Source of the DNA: an uncultured delta proteobacterium
GTDB taxonomy: Bacteria; Desulfobacterota; Syntrophia; Syntrophales; Fen-1087
Direction of reading: 5' to 3'
Assembly: GCA_963709485.1 (NCBI GenBank)
Contig: CAVPWE010000005.1
Location: 68,012-132,011 of the forward strand
DNA: 64,000 nt
The notes under the pieces were generated by a model. It searched no databases. It was given only the letters and a program-made list of their open reading frames with translations, and was not told the origin of the DNA. Of this stretch, positions 28,029 to 38,358 are shown piece by piece; the first letter of the stretch is position 1, and each line of letters begins with the position of its first letter. The translations under genes and the position numbers were made by a program.

Positions 28029-30056
28029 GTGATCTATCTCAACGACATTTCCCTGTCCTTCGCCGACCGCAGGATTTTCGACCACATCACCTGGATGATT
28101 CCGGAGCGGAGCCGGATCGGCCTGGTCGGAGACAACGGCACCGGCAAGACCACCCTCTTCAAGGCGATCCTGGGAATGGTGGATCTCGACGGGGGCGCCG
28201 TTGATATCCCCAACCGGAAAAACCGGACGATCGGTTATCTGCCGCAGGACCTGGCGGCGCTGGAGCCGATGCCGCTGCTGGACTATCTCCGGAAAAAGAG
28301 CGGCCTGGCCGCCCTGGAGGCGTCGCTGCGGGACCACGAAAGCCGGATTTCCCGATGCGATCCCGGCTCCGGCGAATACGCCCGGCTCCTGAAGGATTAT
28401 GAGACGGCCTCCGCCCGGTTTCAGGCATGCGAGGGGTATCGGTTCGACGCGAAAGCCAAACAGATCCTGAACGGCTTCGGTTTCCGGGAGCGCGACTTCA
28501 TCAAAAACTGCACGGAATTTTCCGGCGGCTGGAAGATGCGCATCCTCATCGCCCTGATCCTCCTGTCCGCCCCGGACATCATGCTGCTGGACGAACCCAC
28601 CAACCACCTGGACACGGAGAGCATGGAGTGGCTGGAAAGCTACCTGAGAAATTACCCGGGGACGCTGCTCACGATCGCCCACGACCGCGTCTTCCTGGAC
28701 AAGATGGTCACGCAGATCGTCGAACTGGCCGACCACCGCCTGACCGTTTACAGGGGCAACTACTCCCGCTACTTGGCGGAAAAGGAACGGCGCCTGGAGG
28801 CCCTGAAAAAGCAGATGGCCCTGCAGCGGGCAGAGATCAAAAAGACGCAGGAATTCATCGAGCGGTTCCGCTACAAGGCCACCAAGGCCAGGCAGGTCCA
28901 GAGCCGCGTCCGCATGCTGGAGCGGTTCGAGGTCGTGGCGCGCGCGCAGGGGGAGCGTCGCGTCCGTATCCGTTTCCCCGAGGCGCCGAAGAGCGGCCGG
29001 GAGGCGGCGGCCGTCCGCCGGGTGTCCAAGCGTTACGGAGACCTTACCGTTTTCCGGGACCTGGACCTGACCATCCATCGAGGTGAGAAGATCGCCCTGG
29101 TCGGCGTCAACGGGGCGGGGAAATCGACCCTCGCCCGGCTTCTCAGCGGCACGGAAGAACCCTCCTCCGGCGATGTTCGCTACGGGCTGAACGTGAGCAT
29201 GGCGTTCTATTCCCAGGAGAGCGCCCAGAATCTCGACTACCGGCGGACCGTCTGGGACGAGGTCCGGCTCGCGGGAACCCGCAGCGACGACCAGGAAAGG
29301 AGGAACCTGCTGGGCGCCTTTCTCTTTTCCGGCGACGACGTTTACAAGGAGATCGCGGTCCTCTCGGGCGGGGAAAAATCCCGTCTGGCCCTTCTGAAAA
29401 TCCTGCTCCAGGACTCGAACCTGCTGATCCTGGACGAGCCGACCAATCATCTGGACCTGAAGACCCGGGACATCTTCCAGGATGCCCTGCTCGGCTACAC
29501 GGGGACGGTGGTCATCGTGTCCCATGACCGTTTCTTCCTGGATCGCCTGGTCCACCGGGTCATCGAGATCCGCGACGGCCGGTGCCGGGACTACCCCGGC
29601 AACTATTCCGATTTCATCCAGAAGCGGAGCGAGGCGGAGGCCACGGCAGCACCGGATTCCATTCCGGCGGCGGCCATGCCCGGGGACGGCCGGACCGGCG
29701 TGGACGGGAACCTTCCCGCGACGGCCGGACAGCCGGCCGGGAAAACCTTCAGGACCCGGGAGGAAAAGCGTCTGGAGGCGGAAGCGCGGAACCGGCTGTC
29801 CCGGATCACGCGGGGACTGAAGAACGAGATCGCTTCGGTGGAGGACCGCATCGCCCGCCTGGAAGAGAAAAAAAGGGAATGCGAACGCATCCTCTGCGAA
29901 CCGGGCATCCACCGGGAACCGCAGAAAATCAGGGCGCTGAACCGGGAGCTTGCGGACATCGCCGCCGAACTGGAAAAACGCTACGCCGACTGGGACGAAC
30001 GGACGGAAAAGCTCGGGGCGCAGCAGACGGGAGCCGCCGGCGGCGAAGAAACCTGA
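28029..30056 (+). CDS. ABC-F family ATPase (two ABC cassettes, no TMD, coiled-coil tail)
   Basis: GDNGTGKTT and GVNGAGKST Walker A motifs, FSGGWKMR and LSGGEKSRL signatures, Lys/Glu-rich C-terminus. Confidence 0.85.
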   Translation: MIYLNDISLSFADRRIFDHITWMIPERSRIGLVGDNGTGKTTLFKAILGMVDLDGGAVDIPNRKNRTIGYLPQDLAALEPMPLLDYLRKKSGLAALEASLRDHESRISRCDPGSGEYARLLKDYETASARFQACEGYRFDAKAKQILNGFGFRERDFIKNCTEFSGGWKMRILIALILLSAPDIMLLDEPTNHLDTESMEWLESYLRNYPGTLLTIAHDRVFLDKMVTQIVELADHRLTVYRGNYSRYLAEKERRLEALKKQMALQRAEIKKTQEFIERFRYKATKARQVQSRVRMLERFEVVARAQGERRVRIRFPEAPKSGREAAAVRRVSKRYGDLTVFRDLDLTIHRGEKIALVGVNGAGKSTLARLLSGTEEPSSGDVRYGLNVSMAFYSQESAQNLDYRRTVWDEVRLAGTRSDDQERRNLLGAFLFSGDDVYKEIAVLSGGEKSRLALLKILLQDSNLLILDEPTNHLDLKTRDIFQDALLGYTGTVVIVSHDRFFLDRLVHRVIEIRDGRCRDYPGNYSDFIQKRSEAEATAAPDSIPAAAMPGDGRTGVDGNLPATAGQPAGKTFRTREEKRLEAEARNRLSRITRGLKNEIASVEDRIARLEEKKRECERILCEPGIHREPQKIRALNRELADIAAELEKRYADWDERTEKLGAQQTGAAGGEET

Positions 30057-30083
30057 CCGGCCGGCGGCGGGCGATCGGCGGGA

Positions 30084-30602
30084 TCAGGCGCCGTCCAGGC
30101 CGGCGCCTTCCCGGTTCCGGTACCAGGAGGCGGGATCGATCAGGAGCTCCTCGGCATCCTTCAGCGACACGTAGTGTTCGTGTTCGATGTCGGCCAGGAG
30201 GTTGAAGAAGGCCTTTTCCTTCGGGTCCGTGCATTCATCCCGAAGCTTGGCGTAAAACACGGCGCCGTTGGCTTCAAAGTCGATGGCGGTGCGAAGCGCC
30301 TGGAGGTCGTCGGCATCGCCCCTGGGCATCTTGGCCGCTTTCCTGACCATGTCCTTGAGGATCGCGGACACGGCCGTGTCCTTGACTTTCAGAGGCACGG
30401 TTTCCGGCCACTTCTGCTCTTTGCCCCACTTGGCGCTGAGCTCCTTCAGCCTTTCGTAATGCTCCAGTTCTTCCGCGGCAATCTGCTGAAACATGGCCTT
30501 CCCGGCGGGATTGGCCGTCCGCTTCGCGTTCTGCAGATAGAATTCGTGCTCCCGCATCTCGTTTGTGAGCGCCACCTGCAGGGCATCCAGACGGTTTTTC
30601 AT
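30084..30602 (-). CDS. ferritin-like/rubrerythrin-family diiron protein (no rubredoxin domain)
   Basis: Two E..EH-type helices (EMREHEFY...AAEELEHYE and FEANGAVFY...ADIEHEHY). ATG 30602 is preceded by AGGAGG. The longer ORF to 30659 lacks an RBS. Confidence 0.65.
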   Translation of the reverse strand: MKNRLDALQVALTNEMREHEFYLQNAKRTANPAGKAMFQQIAAEELEHYERLKELSAKWGKEQKWPETVPLKVKDTAVSAILKDMVRKAAKMPRGDADDLQALRTAIDFEANGAVFYAKLRDECTDPKEKAFFNLLADIEHEHYVSLKDAEELLIDPASWYRNREGAGLDGA

Positions 30603-30682
30603 ATGTCGCCTCCTTGAATGTGTTGGCCGTTCATAGCACGGCGCAAAAAAACAGGTCAAGCAAATTAACGGCGGGGCCGCCG

Positions 30683-32293
30683 TCAGTCCGCGAGATCCGC
30701 AACCGCTTCGGCAATGTTCTGGCAGTGGTCGGAGATCCGCTCCAGGTGGATCAGCATCTCCACGTAGATGGGGCCGGCTTCGGCCGGACAGATGCGCTGG
30801 TGAAACCGGACCAGGTGGCGCTCCCGCGCCTCCTTTACCTTCACGTCGATCTCTTCTTCCCGCCGGCCGATGCTTTCGATTTTCTCCGCCTCGCGCCCTT
30901 CGATCAGCGCGGAGGCATCCCGCAGGTTGTCGGCAATGAGCTGCGCGATCACCCGCAACTCCTCGTAGGCGAAGCGGCTGAAGGCGATCTGACGGCGCGA
31001 CTTAACCCGGCACAGGCCCGCGATCGTGACGACATGATCCCCGAGCCGTTCGATGTCGTCCACCATAGCCGCATAGGCGAAGAGCTTCCTGGACCGCTCC
31101 GGAGAAAGCTCGCGGCAGGAAAGCCTCCAGAGATAGCGGACCACTTCCCGCCGCAGGTTGTCCACCACCGGTTCGACATACATGATGTTCCGGCGCTTCC
31201 CTTCACGGAAATCCGCGACCAGGCCGATGCTTTCGGCATACATTTTTTCCGTCAGCGCGATCTCCCGCTTCAGCTCCTTCCGCACGCAGGCCAGGGCCTG
31301 TTCCGGATCGTCCAAAGCCTTTTCATTCAGGAATTCCGGCCAGAGGGGGAGGACGTCCGCCCGGCCGGGCAGCATTTTCTCGATGAGGCGGGAGACGGGC
31401 TTGAGCGCCGGGAGGAATACAACGACGATGAGAACGTTCAGGAAGAGGTGTCCCAGGGCGATCTGCTGGGCCGTGTCGCGGGAAAGCTCCCGCAGCCCCG
31501 CGACAATCCAGGGCAAACAGATCAGGCAGATCAGGGCACCGCAGCATTTGAAGAACAGGTGCGCGACCGCGCTTCTCCGGCCGCTGATGTCCGCCACCGC
31601 ACCGGCCATCAGGGCGGTCACGGTGGTGCCGACGTTGGCGCCGAAGACGATCGGCAGGGCCGCCTCGAGCGAGATGAGCTGGTTTTGCGCCAGGATCGCC
31701 AGGATGCCGACGGGGATGGCGGAGGCATGGACCAGGGCGGTAAAGAGCGCGCCGATGGCCAGGCCGAACAGCGGCTGCCGGGCCTCCTCGAAAAAGCGGA
31801 GGACGAGCGGATAATCCTTCAGGGGGGCGGTCGCCAGGTTCGCAAGGCTGAGCCCGAAAAAAATCAGGCCGAAATAGAAAACGGCCTCTCCGATGCTTTT
31901 GCGTCGCGAGGCGTTCCCCGAAAGCCAGATGACGCCGCCGACGATGATGAAGAGGGGGGAAACATCGGTAAATTTCCAGACCACGAGCTGAACGGTCAGC
32001 GTCGTCCCGATATCCGCCCCCAGGATGATCCCCAGCGAATGGTAGAAGGTGATCAGGCCGGCGCTGACCATGCCGACGGTCAGGAAAGTGGTCGCCGAAC
32101 TGCTCTGGAAGAGGATGGTGGCGGCAATCCCGGTCAGCAGGCCGTACACCGGCCGGGTGACCGCGTACTTGATGTATTCCCGGATCCGGGCGGTGAAAAG
32201 CTGCTGCACGGCCGCGCTCAGCTTCATCATCCCGAACAGGAACAGGACGATGCCGGCCAGGAACAGCAGAATTTCCTGGATCATGGAGATCAC
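30683..32293 (-). CDS. Na/Pi cotransporter family protein with C-terminal PhoU-like domain
   Basis: 536 aa. GLLTGIAATILFQSSSATT and LFTALVHASAIPVG repeats typical of NptA-type transporters; helical PhoU-like C-terminal half. Confidence 0.75.
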   Translation of the reverse strand: MISMIQEILLFLAGIVLFLFGMMKLSAAVQQLFTARIREYIKYAVTRPVYGLLTGIAATILFQSSSATTFLTVGMVSAGLITFYHSLGIILGADIGTTLTVQLVVWKFTDVSPLFIIVGGVIWLSGNASRRKSIGEAVFYFGLIFFGLSLANLATAPLKDYPLVLRFFEEARQPLFGLAIGALFTALVHASAIPVGILAILAQNQLISLEAALPIVFGANVGTTVTALMAGAVADISGRRSAVAHLFFKCCGALICLICLPWIVAGLRELSRDTAQQIALGHLFLNVLIVVVFLPALKPVSRLIEKMLPGRADVLPLWPEFLNEKALDDPEQALACVRKELKREIALTEKMYAESIGLVADFREGKRRNIMYVEPVVDNLRREVVRYLWRLSCRELSPERSRKLFAYAAMVDDIERLGDHVVTIAGLCRVKSRRQIAFSRFAYEELRVIAQLIADNLRDASALIEGREAEKIESIGRREEEIDVKVKEARERHLVRFHQRICPAEAGPIYVEMLIHLERISDHCQNIAEAVADLAD

Positions 32294-32422
32294 CCCGAAA
32301 AAATGAGCCCGCCGGCGGCGACCTCAGGGACCGGGTTCACGCCCCGGGGCGCCACCGTCCCCGAACGCGCCGCGAAGACGGATCTCCCCGCGTCCGTTGC
32401 GGTTCCCATGCCGCGCGGATTC

Positions 32423-33232
32423 CTACGAATACTTGCCGGGGAAGTTGGGCTTCCGCTTCTCCTTCTGGGCCATGATCCCTTCGCGGGCATCCAGGCTTGC
32501 GAAAATCGGCAGGCCGATATTCAGCTCCTTCTGGAACGCTTCCGCCCAGGACAGATCCCGGCTCTCCCGGTAGCAGCGGATGATGCCCTGCACCGCCAGC
32601 GGGCCGTTTCCGGCAATCCGGTCCGCCAGTTCCATGGCGGCCTTCATCAGGTCCGCTTTCGGGACCACGCGGTTGAGAAAGCCCCACTCCAGCAGGGTCT
32701 TCGCGCTGAAGTTGTTCGCGGTCAGCAGGATCTCCAGTCCGCGGCAGGGGGTCAGCATGCGGGGCAGATAGATGTTCGAGCCGCCGGTAGGCATGATCCC
32801 CAGACTGGCTTCCCGCATCTGAAAGACGGCATCCTCCGAGGCCACCCGCAGGTCCGCGCCCATGACGGTTTCGAATCCGCCGGTCAGGCAGTAGCCGTTG
32901 ACCGCGGCAATGACCGGCTTTTTGACGATGCTGGGCTTCAGCATGGCCTCCGCGACATGCGGACCGACCCTGGCCAGCCAGCGCTCCGCCTCGGTTTCGG
33001 GCTCCCGCATCTTCGTCAGAATCGGGATCGCGGTCCGCAGGTCCATTCCGGAGCAGAAAATATCCGGCAGGCAGGAATAGAGAATGGCGACCCGAATGGC
33101 GTCGTCGGCATTGATGTCCAGCCAGGCCCGGTGCAGGTCCATCAGGATCTGGGGATCCAGGGCGTTCTTTTCCTTGGGGCGGTCCAGCCCGACTTTTGCG
33201 ATCTTACCTTCTTTCTCGTAAACCAGTCCCAT
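32423..33232 (-). CDS. enoyl-CoA hydratase/isomerase (crotonase) family protein
   Basis: KIAKVGLDRPKEKNALD, FCSGMDL, PVIAAVNGYCLTGGFE. ATG 33232 follows AAGGAG. Confidence 0.8.
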   Translation of the reverse strand: MGLVYEKEGKIAKVGLDRPKEKNALDPQILMDLHRAWLDINADDAIRVAILYSCLPDIFCSGMDLRTAIPILTKMREPETEAERWLARVGPHVAEAMLKPSIVKKPVIAAVNGYCLTGGFETVMGADLRVASEDAVFQMREASLGIMPTGGSNIYLPRMLTPCRGLEILLTANNFSAKTLLEWGFLNRVVPKADLMKAAMELADRIAGNGPLAVQGIIRCYRESRDLSWAEAFQKELNIGLPIFASLDAREGIMAQKEKRKPNFPGKYS

Positions 33233-33312
33233 ATCTTTCTCCTTCTTTCCGTCAGGAATGATCAAATTTCAAAATATCTAACAGATTGACTCGGCAACCT
33301 CAAGGCAAATGA

Positions 33313-35001
33313 TCAGGCAAGGGCGCTCTGATACTCCGACCAGAGAAAGTCTCTGCCGACGCCGTGATCGATAAAATCCCAGGGGAGGATTTCCTCCCTG
33401 CTTCGGGACCGGTAGACATAAAATTCCGGCGGGATGGGCGTCTCTTTCAGGACGCGGCTCCAGTTGCCCTGCCCTGCATGGACGGACAGCAGGATCTCCC
33501 CCACCCGCCGGTCTCCCCGGGAAAGCAGGGCCTGGACCAGGTTCCATTTGGGAAGGTCGTGGATCACGCCGATCAGGAGCTCCCGCCGCATCACCTCCGC
33601 GATCCGGCGGATTTTCCCGCGGACGGAACGGATGTCTTCCAGGGGATGCCACTGGAACGGGGTGGACGCCTTGGGGATGAACTGGTTGATGCTGAGGGTC
33701 AGCCGCTGCAGCGGCTTTTTCCCCGTGCAGCACTGCAGGGCGTAATCCCGGATCGCCCGCGACAGATGGATGACGGCCTCGATATCCTCGTCCGTCTCCG
33801 TCGGCAGGCCGACCATGAAATAGAGCCGGATCCTCAGAATGCCCGCGGACACCAGCGTCCCGACGGCCGCGAGGATCTGCGCTTCCGTGATCCCCTTGCG
33901 GATCACGTCCCGCAGGCGCTGCGTGCCCGCCTCCGGGGCCAGCGCCACGGTCTCGATGCCGGAGCGCTTCAGCAATGCGGCAATCCCGGCGTCCACCCGG
34001 TCGATGCGGAGGGACCCGACGGCCGCCCGGCCTTTCCGGTCCAGGATGGTCCGGCAGATCGCGGCCAGTTCGGGATGATCGGAAACGGCCGTCCCGAGCA
34101 GGCCGATCTTTTTCTTGTCCTCCAGCCCCCGGGCAAAGGATCCGGCCAGGGTCCCGGCGCTTCTGAACCGGGCCGGGCGACAGACAAATCCCGCCGCGCA
34201 GAAGCGGCAGCCCCGCCGGCAGCCCCGGCTGACCTCCGTCAGGTGCATGTTCGCCAGCTCCGTCCCGGGGGCGGAAATACACTGCTCCGTGACAAAGGCG
34301 TCGATGTCGCGGACCCATCGCTTCCGGATCCTTGCCGGCAGCGCCGGGTCCGCCGGTTCCCTTCTTTCGATGAGGCGGTCGGCGCCGTAATCGACACGGT
34401 AGAGGGAAGGGACGTAGGCCCCTTCGATGTCCCGCTGGATCCGGAACAGGATGTCCCCCCGCGGGGCTCCCGACCGCACAAGGGTCCCGCAGGCATCGAG
34501 AAAATCCGGAAGCATCTCCTCGCCCTCGCCCAGCAGGAACAGGTCAAAAAAATCGCTCAGCGGCTCCGGATTCAGGGTGACGGAGATGCCGCCCGCGATG
34601 ACCAGGGGTTCCCGTTCCCGCCGCTGCCGCGCGCGCAGGGGAATTCCGGCCATGTCGAGCATCTTCAGGATATGGGGGTAGTCGTTCTCGAAGGAAACGG
34701 AAAAGGCGACCATGTCGAAAGACGCCAGCGGCTTCTGCGACTCGAGGCTGAAAAGGGGGGTCGACCCGGAAATGAACAGGGCCTCATCGCCGGGATCGGG
34801 AAGGAAGGCCCGTTCACAGAAATACCCGTCGTGCCGGTTCAGAATGGCATAGATCGTCTGGAACCCGAGGCTGGACATGCCCGTCCGGTACGTGTTCGGA
34901 TAGGCCAGGCATACCGACAGCCGATCGCCGCGGACCGGTCCCAGACACCCTTTCTCAGGCGCGAGCCGATCGCGGTATTTTTGCTTGAGCGTCCAGGACA
35001 T
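33313..35001 (-). CDS. large radical SAM protein (B12-binding-like N-terminal domain family)
   Basis: 562 aa. LAYPNTYRTGMSSLGFQTIY N-terminus and EVSRGCRRGCRFCAAG cluster motif. Lies directly downstream of ftsZ. Confidence 0.7.
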   Translation of the reverse strand: MSWTLKQKYRDRLAPEKGCLGPVRGDRLSVCLAYPNTYRTGMSSLGFQTIYAILNRHDGYFCERAFLPDPGDEALFISGSTPLFSLESQKPLASFDMVAFSVSFENDYPHILKMLDMAGIPLRARQRREREPLVIAGGISVTLNPEPLSDFFDLFLLGEGEEMLPDFLDACGTLVRSGAPRGDILFRIQRDIEGAYVPSLYRVDYGADRLIERREPADPALPARIRKRWVRDIDAFVTEQCISAPGTELANMHLTEVSRGCRRGCRFCAAGFVCRPARFRSAGTLAGSFARGLEDKKKIGLLGTAVSDHPELAAICRTILDRKGRAAVGSLRIDRVDAGIAALLKRSGIETVALAPEAGTQRLRDVIRKGITEAQILAAVGTLVSAGILRIRLYFMVGLPTETDEDIEAVIHLSRAIRDYALQCCTGKKPLQRLTLSINQFIPKASTPFQWHPLEDIRSVRGKIRRIAEVMRRELLIGVIHDLPKWNLVQALLSRGDRRVGEILLSVHAGQGNWSRVLKETPIPPEFYVYRSRSREEILPWDFIDHGVGRDFLWSEYQSALA

Positions 35002-35049
35002 TTTGCGGACCGACGGTGAACCGGGACAGATGCCCGGCTCACCGCGCCT

Positions 35050-36201
35050 CTAATCCGCCTGTTTTCTCAGGAAGGTCGGAATCTCCAGGTCCGGATTGTC
35101 GTCGTCGATGGTTCCCATTTTGATGGCATGGGTCAGGTCGATGGTCTTGTCCTTCCGGGCGTAGGCCGGCCTGGACAGGTCCTCCCGCCTGCTGAATCCG
35201 CTCAAATGGGTCACGTTGGGAAGCCCCTGCTTCGCCTTGGCGACATCCTCGAAGCCGGTGGCAATGACGGTGATGCGGATCTCGTCGGTCATGTTCCTGT
35301 CGATCACGGTCCCGAAGATGATGTTGGCGTCTTCGTGGGCCTCTTTCTGGATCAGCGACGACGCCTCGTTGATTTCGTGCAGCGTCATGTCCGGTCCGCC
35401 GGTGATGTTCAGGAGGATGCCGTGGGCGCCCTGGATGGTGTTGTCCTCGAGAAGCGGCGAGGAGATGGCTTTCTGCGCGGCTTCAATGGCCCGGTTCTCG
35501 CCGTTCGCGGAGCCCGTCCCCATCAGGGCCAGGCCCATTTCCGACATGATGTTCTTCACATCCGCGAAATCCAGGTTGATCAGCCCCGGGACGATGATCA
35601 GGTCGGAAATGCCCTTGACCGCGTGATAGAGGATGTCGTCCGCCTTCTTGAAAGCCTCCAGCAGGGACAGGTTTCTGCCGCCCAGACTGAGCAGTCTCTG
35701 GTTGGGCACGACGATCAGGGTGTCCACGATCCGCCTCAGTTCGGCCACGCCCTCTTCCGCCTGCACGTTCCGTCTCTTGCCTTCGAACTGGAAGGGCTTC
35801 GTCACGACGGCCACGGTCAGCGTCCCCATCTCCTTGGCCAGGTCGGCCACGATGGGCGCGCCGCCGGTGCCCGTGCCGCCTCCCAGGCCGGCGGTGATAA
35901 AGATCATGTCCGCCCCTTCCATGTGCTGCTTCAGCACGTCCTTGGCTTCCATGGCCGCCCGCTTCCCCACCTCCGGGTTGGCGCCGGCGCCGAGCCCCTT
36001 GGTCGCCTCGGCGCCGAGCTGGATCTTGACCGGCGATGCGGATGATTCGAGCGCCTGCATGTCGGTGTTGGCCGTGATGAAATCGACGCCCTGCAGGTTG
36101 TAGGCGATCATGGTGTTCACGGCGTTGCCGCCCCCGCCGCCGATGCCGATGACTTTGATCTTTGCCGAACTTGCCGCCCCTGGATCCGATAGTTCAAACA
36201 T
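35050..36201 (-). CDS. ftsZ: cell division protein FtsZ
   Basis: IKVIGIGGGGGNAVN and GLGGGTGTGGAPIVA tubulin signatures. Confidence 0.95.
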   Translation of the reverse strand: MFELSDPGAASSAKIKVIGIGGGGGNAVNTMIAYNLQGVDFITANTDMQALESSASPVKIQLGAEATKGLGAGANPEVGKRAAMEAKDVLKQHMEGADMIFITAGLGGGTGTGGAPIVADLAKEMGTLTVAVVTKPFQFEGKRRNVQAEEGVAELRRIVDTLIVVPNQRLLSLGGRNLSLLEAFKKADDILYHAVKGISDLIIVPGLINLDFADVKNIMSEMGLALMGTGSANGENRAIEAAQKAISSPLLEDNTIQGAHGILLNITGGPDMTLHEINEASSLIQKEAHEDANIIFGTVIDRNMTDEIRITVIATGFEDVAKAKQGLPNVTHLSGFSRREDLSRPAYARKDKTIDLTHAIKMGTIDDDNPDLEIPTFLRKQAD

Positions 36202-36211
36202 GGTCTCCCCC

Positions 36212-37438
36212 TTAAAAGAATTCTAAAAACCATTTTTTTATTTTTTTGATGATGGTGACGAAAAAGCCGCCGCCCGGAATGATGGGCGCCCCCTTGGACA
36301 GGCGCCTGCTTCCGTAAAGGACGAGCCCCACCCCGGTCGCGTACATGGGGCTGTTGACGACGTCGTTCAGGCCGCCGATGCCCGTCGGGCATCCCCGGCG
36401 GACCGGCATGTTGAAAATCTGCTCCGCCAGTTCCGTGATCCCCTCCAGCAGGGCCGTGCCGCCCGTCAGGACAACCCCGGCGGCGAGGATGTCCTCGTAG
36501 CCCGACTTGACGATTTCCTTGTACGCCATGGCCAGGATCTCCTCCACGCGCGGCTCGACGATCCTGCCCAGGATCTGACGCGAGACCTCGCGCGGCTCCC
36601 GCCCCCCGACGCTCGGCACCTCGATCGTCTGTTCCTTGGCGATCATGGACCCGAAGGCGCAGCCGTATTTGATCTTGATCCTTTCCGCGTCGGCAAGCGG
36701 CGTGCGAAGGCCGGTGGCGATGTCGCTGGTCACGAAGTTGCCGCCCACCGGCAGGACGGCGGTGTGCTTGACGCTGCCCTCGGTGAAAACGGCGATGTCC
36801 GTCGTGCCCCCGCCGATGTCGATCAGCGCGACCCCCAGGTCCTTCTCGTCGTTGCTGACCACCGCCTCTCCCGACGCGATCTGTTCCAGGACGATCTCGT
36901 TGATCTCCAGCCCGACCCGGTTGACCGACTTGACGATATTCTGGACGGACGTCTCGGCGCCCGTAACGATATGAACCTTGGCCTCCAGCCGCACGCCGGA
37001 CATGCCGACGGGATCGCGGATGCCGTCCTGGTCGTCCACGATAAAATTCTGCGCAAAGGTGTGCAGGATCTGCCTGTCCGCGGGAATGGCGATGGCTTTC
37101 GAAGCTTCAATCGCCCGCTGCACGTCTTCCTCATCGACTTCACTGCCCTTGACGGCCACGATGCCGAGGCTGTTCTGCCCCCTGATGTGCCCGCCGGCGA
37201 TCCCGACATAAACGGAGCCGATCTCGCATCCGGACATGTGCTCCGCCTCGTCAACGGCTTTCTTGATGGCCTCCACCGTGCTGTCGATATTGACGACCAC
37301 GCCCTTTCGCAGGCCTTCCGAGGGGTGCGACCCGATCCCGATGATATCAATGCCGTGATCCGATATTTCGCCGACGATGACGCAGGTTTTCGTGGTGCCC
37401 AGATCCAGCCCTACCAGGACATTTGTTTTTTTTGCCAT
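36212..37438 (-). CDS. ftsA: cell division protein FtsA
   Basis: VGLDLGTTKTCVIVGE, DIGGGTTDIAVF; actin-like ATPase. Position upstream of ftsZ. Confidence 0.9.
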   Translation of the reverse strand: MAKKTNVLVGLDLGTTKTCVIVGEISDHGIDIIGIGSHPSEGLRKGVVVNIDSTVEAIKKAVDEAEHMSGCEIGSVYVGIAGGHIRGQNSLGIVAVKGSEVDEEDVQRAIEASKAIAIPADRQILHTFAQNFIVDDQDGIRDPVGMSGVRLEAKVHIVTGAETSVQNIVKSVNRVGLEINEIVLEQIASGEAVVSNDEKDLGVALIDIGGGTTDIAVFTEGSVKHTAVLPVGGNFVTSDIATGLRTPLADAERIKIKYGCAFGSMIAKEQTIEVPSVGGREPREVSRQILGRIVEPRVEEILAMAYKEIVKSGYEDILAAGVVLTGGTALLEGITELAEQIFNMPVRRGCPTGIGGLNDVVNSPMYATGVGLVLYGSRRLSKGAPIIPGGGFFVTIIKKIKKWFLEFF

Positions 37439-37509
37439 TTACCGGTCTGCCTTTCCCATGTTTGTATCTCTTCCTTTCATCCGCCATGATCCGGGCGCCC
37501 GGGCTGCGG

Positions 37510-38355
37510 TCATGTCCGGTAACCCTTCGCCGGCCTTCCCGGCGCCGCCGGCGGCAGGATGTCTTTTCTCTGAACCGTTATTTTCACCGGATCGGCAAGA
37601 TCGATCAGAAGGTATTTCAAGGGGATGCTCCTTTTCTCCAGATCGGCCATCACCGGGACCAGACGTTTGATCTTGCTTTCGTAATTGTCGTAGCCCAGCC
37701 GCAGGCAGAGGTTGTTGTCCGTGAAGATGGAAAATCCGAAAACCTCCTCCACATGGATCTCCGCGATGGACCGGATGCCGGGAAAGTCCTTCGATGCCGA
37801 GAGGAAGCGCAGGAGCTCGAGGGATTTGGCAAGGAGATGGGGGTTCAAGCTGCCCTCCCGGTAGCAGCCGGTGAGGGCGGGCAGGTCCGATTCATCGCCG
37901 TTTTCCAGCTTCTTGAACGGAACCCCGTCCGAATCCATCAGATAAAAGCTGTTGTCCTTTTTCAGCAGCGCCGCCGCCGTGCGCTCCTGGACCTGGATCA
38001 CCAGCCGCTCCGGCAGCTCGCGCCCGACATAAACCTCCTTGATCCAGGGATTTGTCCGGATGCGCGCGGTGATGGCTTCGGTATTCACGGCCAGGATGTT
38101 CTGCGACGGCCCGATCGACGCCAGGTGCAGGACATCTTTTTCCGTCAGCTCCCTGCAACCCCGGACGCTGGTCTCACGGATCCCGAAATAGGAAGCGCTG
38201 ATGACGGAGCAGTAACCGTAAATGAAAAGGCATGTGACCGCAAAGATGCCGGACAGCATCAGCAGAACCTTCAGCATATCCTTCAGGATGAGGCCGGAAC
38301 GCCGCTTCAGCCGCTGCCGCTTCGTCCTGAAGCGCCACTGGTTTATTTTTTTCAT
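37510..38355 (-). CDS. ftsQ: cell division protein FtsQ
   Basis: 281 aa. Single N-terminal TM helix followed by POTRA-like IRETSVRGCRELTEKDVL. Position between murB and ftsA. Confidence 0.8.
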   Translation of the reverse strand: MKKINQWRFRTKRQRLKRRSGLILKDMLKVLLMLSGIFAVTCLFIYGYCSVISASYFGIRETSVRGCRELTEKDVLHLASIGPSQNILAVNTEAITARIRTNPWIKEVYVGRELPERLVIQVQERTAAALLKKDNSFYLMDSDGVPFKKLENGDESDLPALTGCYREGSLNPHLLAKSLELLRFLSASKDFPGIRSIAEIHVEEVFGFSIFTDNNLCLRLGYDNYESKIKRLVPVMADLEKRSIPLKYLLIDLADPVKITVQRKDILPPAAPGRPAKGYRT

Positions 38356-38358
38356 GCC